Shown here piece after piece: positions 1-7,337 of a DNA stretch of 10,335 nucleotides. The notes under the pieces were generated by a model, which did no database searches, was not told the DNA's origin, and saw nothing but the letters and a program-made list of their open reading frames with translations. The stretch is taken from the IMG/VR virus record IMGVR_UViG_2609460059_000005; one strand, given 5' to 3'. The position numbers were made by a program, and so were the translations under genes. How positions within the stretch are numbered: position 1 is the stretch's first letter; every line of letters begins with the position of its first letter. Source of the stretch: a virus (Duplodnaviria > Heunggongvirae > Uroviricota > Caudoviricetes).

Positions 1-69
1 ACCATCAATTTTACCTTTTGGTAAAATAGTGTCTTCAACACTGAGAATCACACCTTTGATCTTGCTCAT
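1..69 (-). CDS. Partial CDS (N-terminus only; gene continues past the left edge), hypothetical protein immediately downstream of the DprA-like gene
   Basis: ATG at 69..67 on the minus strand, preceded by AAGGAAAAG (SD-like) and lying 9 nt after the stop of the 79..1059 gene. Visible translation is MSKIKGVILSVEDTILPKGKIDG, in frame to the window edge. Too short for family assignment. Confidence 0.4.
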   Translation of the reverse strand, partial: MSKIKGVILSVEDTILPKGKIDG

Positions 70-78
70 TTCTTTTCC

Positions 79-1059
79 TTAGAGATCTAAGCTCTGCTGT
101 GTTGGTTCTGCTCTCAGATTTAAATCTTCACTAAAAATATAATCCATAATTTCTTTCAATTCAGTTGGCATTAGAAAAGATAAAGATTTTCGATTTTCCT
201 CTGAAAAGCTCAATTCCGGTCTTAAATTATATGTATTAGGTAAGTACGGATTAGCAATTTTCTTCGAATATTTATAAGCATATTCAACTGTGTGAGCAGT
301 ACCGCTTTTTATCTTCCACTCCACAGGAATAAGAGATGTGCACAGCGCAGCTTGAATTCTATTGCGTCTTACAAAATTTTCAGCGCTATAAATTTGGTCA
401 GGCAAATATTCAGTGACAATTGCACCTCCGCTTAAAACTATTTGATTGTAGAGATTTTTAGATCCCTTGGGATATTCTACAAAAATCCCGTTACCTAACA
501 CTGCAATTGTAGGTATCCCATAACGAATAGATTCATAATGGCATGATTGGTCAATCCCAGTAGCTAAACCACTTACAGTAACTATATCTTTTTCATACAA
601 CCCAGATACAATTAGTTTAACCAGAAAAATGCCATCATCTGTTGGCTTTCGCGTACCAACGATTGCAATTGATTTCTTATTAAGAATATCTTGATTCCCA
701 TGAACAAAAAGCCAAAAAGGAGGATCACTTATATTCTTTAAATTAGTTGGGAAAGTAGGTTGATCAAAAAAGGTTAGAACAATTCCTTTTTTATTTAATT
801 CTCTCGCTCGTTCTAATCCTTTCGCCCACAACTCTTGTTGAAATTCCTCCCACGCGATATCTTTGGGTAACGCAACCCTTAGATATCCAGCCAAAGCATC
901 AGCTGAACTAGCTTTTAAAAGATTTTTAAACCCTAGTTTGGATTCGTATATTTTACGGAGAGTCCAATAACCAACACCTTTTAAGCAGGTCAACGCAAGA
1001 AATGCTATGATTTCATTTTTCCAAAACTCTCTAATTTCAGTGTAATCTTTATCTTCCAT
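79..1059 (-). CDS. DprA/Smf-like (SLOG/Rossmann-fold) protein, 326 aa, in AT-rich cargo DNA
   Basis: Provided ORF. N-terminal segment LALTCLKGVGYWTLRKIYESKLGF resembles the DprA SAM/HhH-like domain. Core has SIAIVGTRKPT, VSGLATGIDQSCH, TIAVLGNGIFVEYP, RRNRIQAALC and KSGTAHTVEYA, matching the DprA Rossmann-fold pattern from memory. Composition is much more AT-rich than the adjacent sid/delta/primase block. Confidence 0.65.
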   Translation of the reverse strand: MEDKDYTEIREFWKNEIIAFLALTCLKGVGYWTLRKIYESKLGFKNLLKASSADALAGYLRVALPKDIAWEEFQQELWAKGLERARELNKKGIVLTFFDQPTFPTNLKNISDPPFWLFVHGNQDILNKKSIAIVGTRKPTDDGIFLVKLIVSGLYEKDIVTVSGLATGIDQSCHYESIRYGIPTIAVLGNGIFVEYPKGSKNLYNQIVLSGGAIVTEYLPDQIYSAENFVRRNRIQAALCTSLIPVEWKIKSGTAHTVEYAYKYSKKIANPYLPNTYNLRPELSFSEENRKSLSFLMPTELKEIMDYIFSEDLNLRAEPTQQSLDL

Positions 1060-1448
1060 TTTTTTGCCTTATAGATTACAACTCACGCAATACTAATAAC
1101 AAAAATAATCATATTGTAGACATGTTATAAATAACATTTTAGCATCCATTTGTGAAGAGGCATCTTCTTACCTTTCCACGTTCTACAATCGCTAACTTAG
1201 TATGTCTTGTAACTCTTTTTGTCGTTTAACTACCATCCTCTCATACTCCCTGATTCCACTTATGAACCCAATCAATACACAGGCAGCAGTTTTTCTTCTT
1301 TCTGCGGTTGATAGAACGATATATCAGCTTTTGGTGGTACCAAAGATTCTATTCATAAATTTATCTCGCAAGTGATCAAACACACATACTCTTTCAACTT
1401 CTTTACTCAGCGCGCGCAGCCCCGCCCGCCTGCCCGCTTCGCTTAACA

Positions 1449-1580
1449 GAATGGTTTTCATGCACCCCGTAAATCGTCTCAGGAGCCGCCACACAAGGGC
1501 TTTCGCGTCAAAAACGGCGCATGAGACTCATGCGTTTTCATGCACCATAGACATGCACTCATGCGCTCTCAGGCCAGCCA
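1449..1580. repeat. Imperfect ~80-bp duplicated non-coding unit (GTTTTCATGCACC ... CTCAGG ... ACTCATGCG) with an internal palindrome CGCATGAG-A-CTCATGCG
   Basis: GTTTTCATGCACC occurs at about 1453-1465 and 1533-1545; ACTCATGCG at about 1522-1530 and 1556-1564; inverted repeat at 1513-1530. No ORF of 60 aa or more covers this segment. Confidence 0.5.
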
Positions 1581-1592
1581 GGAAAAAGGCGT

Positions 1593-1619
1593 AAAAAATC
1601 CCGGTACAGTACCGGGATT
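1593..1619 (-). terminator. Rho-independent terminator downstream of the Ogr/Delta-like gene
   Basis: Perfect 10-bp inverted repeat ATCCCGGTAC-a-GTACCGGGAT (1598-1618). On the minus strand it is followed by a run of six U residues (plus-strand A-run 1593-1598). It lies about 20 nt after the stop at 1640. Confidence 0.6.
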
Positions 1620-1639
1620 ACGTGGGCATTTTATGTTGA

Positions 1640-1912
1640 TCAGACAGGGATTTGCTGACGGCTTGATAACTTTGATGCAGAGCCATAGCGATTGAGCGTT
1701 TTCTTTTGCTTTTCAGGCTCTTCCGGTTCATCTGATTCCTGTTCATTGCGCCGGGGTTTCATAATTATCGTATCCACACTTTCCAGTGCGGTAAATGTGC
1801 AGGAACATTCAAGATTCTGGCACTGATACCATGAGCGTTTAACCGATGGTGCTTCATAGGCGGAGGTTCTGGCGTGTGCCGTAGTGCCGCATTCGGGACA
1901 TTTAAGTGCCAT
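1640..1912 (-). CDS. Ogr/Delta-family zinc-finger late-gene transcriptional activator (P4 Delta-like, single domain), 90 aa
   Basis: MALKCPECGTTAHARTSAY...YQCQNLECSCTFTALES matches the C-x2-C ... AHARTS ... QCQN-x2-CS-x-TF signature of P2 Ogr / P4 Delta. SD GGAGG lies 7 nt upstream. Start overlaps the stop of the upstream gene (TGATG). Confidence 0.85.
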   Translation of the reverse strand: MALKCPECGTTAHARTSAYEAPSVKRSWYQCQNLECSCTFTALESVDTIIMKPRRNEQESDEPEEPEKQKKTLNRYGSASKLSSRQQIPV

Positions 1913-2673
1913 CAGATACCCTCCGCGGCTCGGTTACGTTTTTGCAGTTCTTCACGTTCCTGCCGGATCTTCATTTTATGAAGGGCCGCCGGAGAGGGAA
2001 GTTTGCGGAAATCAGCAAGGGCAGCATAATCCGGCGCAACACCTGCCAGTTTAAATACCGGGTCCTGTTCCGGCATCGCAGCGTTAGTAAGAGCCGGTTT
2101 GGTGATATGTTTGTGAATAAATTCTTTCAGTACTGTGTCCGGGTCATTAACTGAATTCACCACACCCACAACGGCACTGGCTTCCCGCCCCATTGTGGTT
2201 TTGAGCAGGCTCAGTGTCTGGATTAACGCCTTACCATGCGACTGCATGAAGTCTTCCCAGATTTGCTTTGCGCGAATTTCCACAAGGGTGTTATGTGCGC
2301 TGATATACTGCCCGGCTAATTTCCCGGCCTCCTGCGGTAATAAGGCATTTTCGCTTTCCTGAGCTGCCAGCAGTTCATCAAAATCCTCAAGCGTTTCTCG
2401 TCCCAGCGCAATTTCCGTGCGCAGTTTTTTCATTTCCTTTGAGACTACGCCCTGACTTTCACGAAACAGCGTGCGCCATTCCTCATTCAGCGCGTTAGTC
2501 GTGGCTTCCATTTCAGCGCGGCGCTGGCGGATTGTCGCAATATTATCTGCTGCCGCTTTTTGCTGACGACGTGCTTCAAGCCATGCGTTTCTGGTTGTGT
2601 TCAGGGTTTCCAGTGCCCGCTGCGTTACAGCCGGAAAAGTGGAAAGGCTGGTATTCTCTGCGGTGTTGTTCAT
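1912..2673 (-). CDS. Putative Sid-like capsid size determination (external scaffold) protein, 253 aa
   Basis: Provided ORF with SD AGGAG 6 nt upstream. Alpha-helical, charged, low-complexity composition. Immediately precedes and is translationally coupled to the Ogr/Delta homologue, as in the P4 sid-delta pair, and size is close to P4 Sid. Family assignment rests on context and recalled similarity, not a search. Confidence 0.5.
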   Translation of the reverse strand: MNNTAENTSLSTFPAVTQRALETLNTTRNAWLEARRQQKAAADNIATIRQRRAEMEATTNALNEEWRTLFRESQGVVSKEMKKLRTEIALGRETLEDFDELLAAQESENALLPQEAGKLAGQYISAHNTLVEIRAKQIWEDFMQSHGKALIQTLSLLKTTMGREASAVVGVVNSVNDPDTVLKEFIHKHITKPALTNAAMPEQDPVFKLAGVAPDYAALADFRKLPSPAALHKMKIRQEREELQKRNRAAEGI

Positions 2674-2706
2674 GACTTCTCCTGTCGGGTTGCTTCGTTA
2701 CGTCAA

Positions 2707-2726
2707 TTGTGTCGTGGCTGACACAA
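2707..2726. promoter_or_regulatory. Dyad-symmetric element TTGTGTC-N6-GACACAA upstream of the sid-like gene
   Basis: Perfect 7-bp inverted arms at 2707-2713 and 2720-2726. It contains TGT-N12-ACA, the pattern described for Ogr/Delta-activated late promoters of P2/P4. Its centre is only about 43 nt from the sid ATG, closer than the canonical -55 position. Confidence 0.35.
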
Positions 2727-2848
2727 GCGCACTATCGGTGCTCAGTGTGTGGTGGCTGGCACAACGGGCGTTTTCAGTTATTCAGGCGTGGCTATGAAAG
2801 CCAGCCAGATAAAAATGCCTCGGTTTCAGTCTGCGTTATGTCCCTGCA

Positions 2849-3047
2849 GTGGTGGAACAGGTGAAACATGTGTTACATCATTGTTTTATAAATTATTTAT
2901 ATGCACAGCACAGGTGGAACATCGCGGGTAACAAGGTGGAACAGCGGATCGGCTGGCGTTCCACCTGTTCCACCTCACTATTTCAAAAGGTGGAACAGGC
3001 TCAGCCCTTATAAAATACGGTTGTTCCACCTGTTTCACCTGTTACCC
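2849..3047. repeat. Iteron cluster, putative replication origin, immediately downstream of the primase gene
   Basis: At least 8 copies of GGTGGAACAG / CTGTTCCACC in both orientations (about 2851, 2913, 2935, 2958, 2965, 2989, 3022), plus degenerate copies GGTGAAACA (2860) and TGTTTCACC (3031). The motif resembles the P4 type I iteron TGTTCACC as recalled. No regular spacer structure. Confidence 0.6.
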
Positions 3048-3073
3048 TTAATAAATAAGACTCACGCAAAGCC

Positions 3074-5746
3074 TTAACCCGGCACCTCGCTGTTGAAGAC
3101 ATAGAGTCTGCGGGGATTCATCTCTGGCGGGCGAATGGTTGTCTGTAGCTTGCCATCGGTGGAGGGCAGCAGGTATCCACGATCCGCGCACAAACGCGCC
3201 ACCTTGCGCGGGTCAAATCCCCGGCAGATTTCTTTCCAGCCGGACGGCATGACGTAGAACGTGGTGACGGCTTCCGTGCCCTGCGCGGTACTCCCTTTCT
3301 CCACCCTGCGCCAGCCCACCATATTGCCGGGGCGGTTGCGCTCGTCGTGCCAGTCTGCAAAGCGGCTGTACTGATTCGCGGTAAAGAAACTGCGTACCTG
3401 CTCCAGCGCGGCAATATCTTCCTGATTGGCAGTATGCCCGCGATCTTTCAGCCATGCGTTCAGGCAGACGCGGGTTGCCCGCAGGGCTTCTCCCTCAGGC
3501 CAGCCGGTGATCCCCATACGGGTTGCCAGCTCGCCCGCCATCGCCACCAGTGCAAATCGGTTGACGGCCCGGCCCACCTGATTACCCGCATCTTTCGGGG
3601 TCAGCGCGGCGGTATATTCCTTCATCAGTGACTTTGCCTGTGACGTCAGCCCGTTAAGGTCAGCGGTCAGGGCTTTCAGCCACTCCCGGAACGGCGAACC
3701 GTAGTAGCTGGACGTGGCCCACTCCAGATGTTCCGCCAGTGCCTTGCCGCTGTCGAAGCCGTGCAGCTCCTCAAATACGCCAAATTTCCCGGAATCGCTG
3801 GGGATCTGGATCATCCTGACTTCCATCCCGGCAAAGGTACGCTCACCAGCTTTTGCCGCATGTTCGGTCAGTGACAGCTCGCCGGTTGAAAAGAACAGCA
3901 GCCGCCACTGCTTACGGGTGCGCAGCTCACCGTCCGTACCGGCACGGCCCTTGCCCTGACCGTTTGCCAGCATGTAGGCGATATTGCCTGCCTCGCGTCC
4001 GTCCACCTCCCGGATCTCATCGAGCATCATGGCGGCATCGTTGCGGCGGCTGGCGCATCCCTCCAGCGCGTTGCCGGTTGCCCGCCACGTCTGCCAGTAG
4101 TCAGGCCCGCCGCAGACGGAGGTTGCCGCTTTCATTGTGGTGGTCTTACCGTCCGTCGATTCCCCCTTGAGGTGATAGCCGCCGCCGTCCATACCAACCA
4201 ACCGTAACAGGGGGGCAGCAAACGCCAGACTGACGGCAAACGCCACGCGGGAGTTGCCGGTGCAGTAGCGGGAAACGTGCTCCCGCCATTCCTCCGTTGT
4301 GCCCGACACGCGGAAATCGCGACCCTGCACGGAAGTGGTCTGGAGAATGACACCCTCTGCACCTTCACCGCTGACCTCATCCTGCAGGACGTAAACCTGA
4401 CCATGCCAGCCGGTGCGGCTGACGCAGGTCACGCGGCGTTCCGGTTTACAAAGAGAGATATATTCCATAAGGCGTGCGCGGGCCTCACCGGTGGTGCTGA
4501 TATAGGACAGCCCGTTGACCAGCAGTACCCGGCGCAGCTCCTCACCGCTGCCGCTCAGCATTTCCATCGGCATCGCCCAGCGGCGGCGCTCACCCCACGT
4601 ATCTTCCCACTCCAGCAGTCGCCCGAAGTTACCGCCATCAGCATCGCAGGTGATTGCCGTTACGCGCAGCGGGTTGCATATTTTGACGTTCTGGATTTCC
4701 GTTTCACCGTTGCGCTGTACCTGTTTTTCATACCAGAGATATTCCTGGGTTAGACGGAACCCGTGCGGCAGTTGCGTGCGGCCCTCCCCGCACAGCACCA
4801 GACCGTTGCGAAAGGCTTCACGGGCACGGTTAATACCGTGCTCCCGATGGAAATCATTCCAGTCGGCCTTGATCTCTCCCGGTGGCAGCGTCATCCAGCC
4901 GCCAACGGCTTTTGCCGCCCGTTCAGCAAAAGATCTGCCGGGATTCTCGCCCCCGTCCTGAAAATCGTTATCACCGGCGATGATAATTTTTACCTCAGGC
5001 CAGCGTGCCCGCAGCGCCTGTGCGACGTTGGGCAGGTTGCCAGCAGATATGGCAGCCACTACGCATCCGGCGGTGATCTGGCTCACCGTCAGTGCCGTGG
5101 CGTAACCTTCGGTAATCACCACCTGTACCGGTGGTTCAGACGGTAACGGGCTGAGCGCCACAAACGCGCCTTTCATCGTGCTGCCGGGCAGTATGCTTTT
5201 TTCACCCGTCGGGGCGATAAGCTGCGCACCGGTCACGGCTCCAGCGTTGGTCGTGAGCGGTAGCAGCAGGGAGCCGGCAGGGAAATCCTTACCGCTGATA
5301 TGCTGCACGCTCCCGGTCAGGGGGGCCGGGTATCCGGCGAACCCTTTTCCGGTCAGATAGGGGCTTTCTCCCGTATGGCTCTCTTTCATCAGCGCCGCCA
5401 CGGTAAGGTTCATGTCGCGTTTAGGAGCTTTTTGCCTGGCGGGCTTAACGGGCAATTTCTGCACATCCGGAATATTAAGCACCTGCGCCACCTCCTGCGC
5501 GGCCTTTCTGACACCGTAACCGGTCATGAGCTTAACCAGATCCAGACCATCACCATTGCCGCACTGGCTGCAAATCCACGTCCCGCGCCCGTCAAGGTCA
5601 TCGAGGCGAAAACGATCCTTGCCCCCACATTTCGGGCAGGGACCGTGTCTGCCGTTTTCAGGTACATCAATACGCAGCATCTGCAGAATGACGGGCCATT
5701 TCCCCCGCGCGGCGGCTGAAATCTGCGTAACCGTCTGTGTTGTCAT
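3074..5746 (-). CDS. Primase-helicase (P4 alpha-like): N-terminal Zn-ribbon, Toprim domain, C-terminal Walker A/B NTPase; 890 aa
   Basis: Zn-ribbon CPKCGG...CSQCGNG. Toprim motifs VVITEGYATA and IIIAGDNDFQDGGENPGR. Walker A GESTDGKTT and Walker B-like MMLDEIRE. SD GGGGGA upstream. Start overlaps the stop of the upstream ORF (ATGA). Confidence 0.9.
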   Translation of the reverse strand: MTTQTVTQISAAARGKWPVILQMLRIDVPENGRHGPCPKCGGKDRFRLDDLDGRGTWICSQCGNGDGLDLVKLMTGYGVRKAAQEVAQVLNIPDVQKLPVKPARQKAPKRDMNLTVAALMKESHTGESPYLTGKGFAGYPAPLTGSVQHISGKDFPAGSLLLPLTTNAGAVTGAQLIAPTGEKSILPGSTMKGAFVALSPLPSEPPVQVVITEGYATALTVSQITAGCVVAAISAGNLPNVAQALRARWPEVKIIIAGDNDFQDGGENPGRSFAERAAKAVGGWMTLPPGEIKADWNDFHREHGINRAREAFRNGLVLCGEGRTQLPHGFRLTQEYLWYEKQVQRNGETEIQNVKICNPLRVTAITCDADGGNFGRLLEWEDTWGERRRWAMPMEMLSGSGEELRRVLLVNGLSYISTTGEARARLMEYISLCKPERRVTCVSRTGWHGQVYVLQDEVSGEGAEGVILQTTSVQGRDFRVSGTTEEWREHVSRYCTGNSRVAFAVSLAFAAPLLRLVGMDGGGYHLKGESTDGKTTTMKAATSVCGGPDYWQTWRATGNALEGCASRRNDAAMMLDEIREVDGREAGNIAYMLANGQGKGRAGTDGELRTRKQWRLLFFSTGELSLTEHAAKAGERTFAGMEVRMIQIPSDSGKFGVFEELHGFDSGKALAEHLEWATSSYYGSPFREWLKALTADLNGLTSQAKSLMKEYTAALTPKDAGNQVGRAVNRFALVAMAGELATRMGITGWPEGEALRATRVCLNAWLKDRGHTANQEDIAALEQVRSFFTANQYSRFADWHDERNRPGNMVGWRRVEKGSTAQGTEAVTTFYVMPSGWKEICRGFDPRKVARLCADRGYLLPSTDGKLQTTIRPPEMNPRRLYVFNSEVPG

Positions 5747-6126
5747 ACTTCCCCCTGATGCAGCGCCACACCCGTGCTGCAGAAGTCATCAAAGGCCGCC
5801 GGAAGCGTGCGGTACAGCTCCGCCATCACTTCACAGCCGCGCACAGTCAGTACCGGCGGCGCGGTCAGCAATGATGGTTCCAGCATGTCAGTCAGCAGCG
5901 CCAGCGCCGCCGCTGCTCCCTGTGCTTCGCCATATTCGTTAATCAGTGCGCACTCAATATGCAGGGCAATGGCCATTTCAATACGTTCAACCGTCAGGCT
6001 GTGCGGACCATATTGATCGCAGCCGGTTTCAGTCAGCGCTTTCTGGCGCCATGCCGATGCAATAGCCCGCCGGTAAAGCGCAGTAGTCATTTCTGCCGGA
6101 AAAATAGAAACCTGCGGCTGGTTCAT
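5743..6126 (-). CDS. Hypothetical protein, 127 aa, in the primase operon
   Basis: Provided ORF. Strong SD AGGAGG 7 nt upstream. ATGA start/stop overlaps with both neighbouring genes indicate translational coupling. Confidence 0.6.
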   Translation of the reverse strand: MNQPQVSIFPAEMTTALYRRAIASAWRQKALTETGCDQYGPHSLTVERIEMAIALHIECALINEYGEAQGAAAALALLTDMLEPSLLTAPPVLTVRGCEVMAELYRTLPAAFDDFCSTGVALHQGEV

Positions 6127-6407
6127 TGGGTGCCTCCTTCAATCAGTGCGCAACTGTGTGCAATATCCGTCAAATCTGCCCGCAGGTACTCCATCAGCGC
6201 GGCAATGCCTGGCGCACAGCCTGCATCCAGCGTTCCGCCCTGAGACGGGTATTCAGAAAAGAGAAGCTGGAGCATGTCGCAGGCATTTCTTGCGCGAGTC
6301 AGCTTTCCGAAACCGTCCTCTGACAATCCATAGGCAAAAGCACCAGTATTGTGTTTTTCAGGCAAAGTGTGGCCCTGAGCACTGTTGTGCCCGTTTGAAA
6401 AATTCAT
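6123..6407 (-). CDS. Hypothetical protein, 94 aa, in the primase operon
   Basis: Provided ORF. SD GGAG upstream. Stop overlaps the start of the next gene (ATGA). Confidence 0.55.
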   Translation of the reverse strand: MNFSNGHNSAQGHTLPEKHNTGAFAYGLSEDGFGKLTRARNACDMLQLLFSEYPSQGGTLDAGCAPGIAALMEYLRADLTDIAHSCALIEGGTQ

Positions 6408-6438
6408 CGTGGATTACTCCGTTTTCAGCGGTGTTTTG

Positions 6439-6792
6439 TCAGAGAAACTTTGAATAGTGACTGTCGTCAGGTTCAGCAGAACGCCGTATGCTGCGCTCCC
6501 GCCAACGGGTAAATACCACAGACGGATGTAGTGTCAGAGAGCCACTACCGCCCTTCGGAGCTGGCGAAGGTTTAAAGAGCGGCGCATCAAACAGGCGCGT
6601 ATACCGCTGTTCAAACCATGCCAGAGGGCAGGAAGAAAGCTGGTTGTCGCTGTCATGACGTATCAGCACTTCACAGCTGAATTCAGGATTAACCAGCGCC
6701 ACGGAGGGCGAGGCTTCAATTAATCGGATGATTGTGACGGTCCAGCCACGTTCATGCTGCCAGCGTTCGCCGGGTTGCGGATAATTATGCAT
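6439..6792 (-). CDS. Hypothetical protein, about 117 aa, in the primase operon
   Basis: Start set at the internal Met (MHNYPQPGERW...) because GGAGGTG lies 5-6 nt upstream of it; the first ATG of the provided ORF at 6822 has no SD. Confidence 0.5.
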   Translation of the reverse strand: MHNYPQPGERWQHERGWTVTIIRLIEASPSVALVNPEFSCEVLIRHDSDNQLSSCPLAWFEQRYTRLFDAPLFKPSPAPKGGSGSLTLHPSVVFTRWRERSIRRSAEPDDSHYSKFL

Positions 6793-6961
6793 GTTCACCT
6801 CCGCAGGGAATGCGACCGGCAAAGCTCAGCACGTAGTCCGGGGCCAGTCTGCGCCGCGCTGAGCGCTCGTTATCTGCGGTGATCCTTAACATCACAGGAC
6901 AGGCATTGCGTTGACTGCGGTTGATCGCAGCAAATAACCAGGTACACTTCTTTTTAGCCAT
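6785..6961 (-). CDS. Small basic protein, 58 aa, first gene of the primase operon; possibly Icd/Ash-like
   Basis: Only the C-terminal part of the provided 245-aa ORF is taken as coding: ATG at 6961..6959 is preceded by GAGGAAACGAAG (SD GAGGA). Sequence is MAKKKCTWLFAAINRSQRNACPVMLRITADNERSARRRLAPDYVLSFAGRIPCGGEHA. The Icd/Ash-like label is from memory of small P4-type proteins and is weak. Confidence 0.4.
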   Translation of the reverse strand: MAKKKCTWLFAAINRSQRNACPVMLRITADNERSARRRLAPDYVLSFAGRIPCGGEHA

Positions 6962-7051
6962 CTTCGTTTCCTCATACAGCGGATTGGTCAGAGGCCCGGT
7001 TAGTGTTGCTGCACTGCCGGGCTTCGCCTTTTTCACCCTAGAACACTCAAG

Positions 7052-7130
7052 GTGTGGCCCACTATAAATATTAGGTGTGGCCCACGTCAATGCTTTTCTT
7101 TGTTCTTTTCCCGTGTATACTGTGGCCCAC
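7052..7130. promoter_or_regulatory. Divergent promoter region with three copies of the palindromic operator-like motif (G)TGTGGCCCAC
   Basis: GTGTGGCCCAC at 7052-7062 and 7075-7085, TGTGGCCCAC at 7121-7130. The core GTGG-C-CCAC is dyad-symmetric. Minus-strand sigma70-like promoter: -35 TTGACG (complement of 7085-7090) and -10 TATAGT (complement of about 7061-7066), with copy 2 in the spacer. Plus-strand -10 TATACT at 7115-7120, with copy 3 at the predicted start site. Confidence 0.5.
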
Positions 7131-7151
7131 CAAACATACGGAGATTCAGTA

Positions 7152-7337
7152 ATGGCTACCGGTACAAAGAATGCTAAATCACAAGCCTTAAAGGCACGAG
7201 TGCCACATGACGTAGTTGAAGCGATGGAAATGGTGAAAGAAGAGGACGAAAGTACGTCACAATTCATCATTACATCCATGCAAAGTGAGATCAAACGCCG
7301 CCAGCGCAGGAAAGTTAAGCCAGAGCAAGGAGGCTGA
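7152..7337 (+). CDS. Small putative DNA-binding regulator, 61 aa, ribbon-helix-helix-like
   Basis: Start taken at the internal ATG at 7152 with SD GGAG 8 nt upstream. Sequence MATGTKNAKSQALKARVPHDVVEAMEMVKEEDESTSQFIITSMQSEIKRRQRRK has a strand-helix-helix pattern. The operator repeats lie just upstream, suggesting autoregulation. Confidence 0.5.
   Translation: MATGTKNAKSQALKARVPHDVVEAMEMVKEEDESTSQFIITSMQSEIKRRQRRKVKPEQGG

Noticed and set aside
1060-1640. A psu (polarity suppression) gene after delta
   Set aside because: No ORF of suitable size on either strand; the interval holds a terminator and repeats instead.
1906-2931. Plus-strand ORFs (60-82 aa) antisense to sid or running across the iterons
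   Set aside because: Antisense to a supported gene or crossing the repeat array, with no SD; judged spurious.
2849-3047. The repeat cluster as a CRISPR array
   Set aside because: Repeats are only 9-10 bp, occur in both orientations, and have no regularly sized spacers; iterons fit better.
3118-5942. Many long ORFs (60-158 aa) on both strands overlapping the primase gene
   Set aside because: They lie in GC-rich DNA inside or antisense to a strongly supported 890-aa gene, lack SD sequences, and have Arg/Pro/Ala-rich translations typical of out-of-frame reading in high-GC coding sequence.
5774-6457. Plus-strand ORFs antisense to the small-gene operon
   Set aside because: They are antisense to translationally coupled minus-strand genes that each have an SD.
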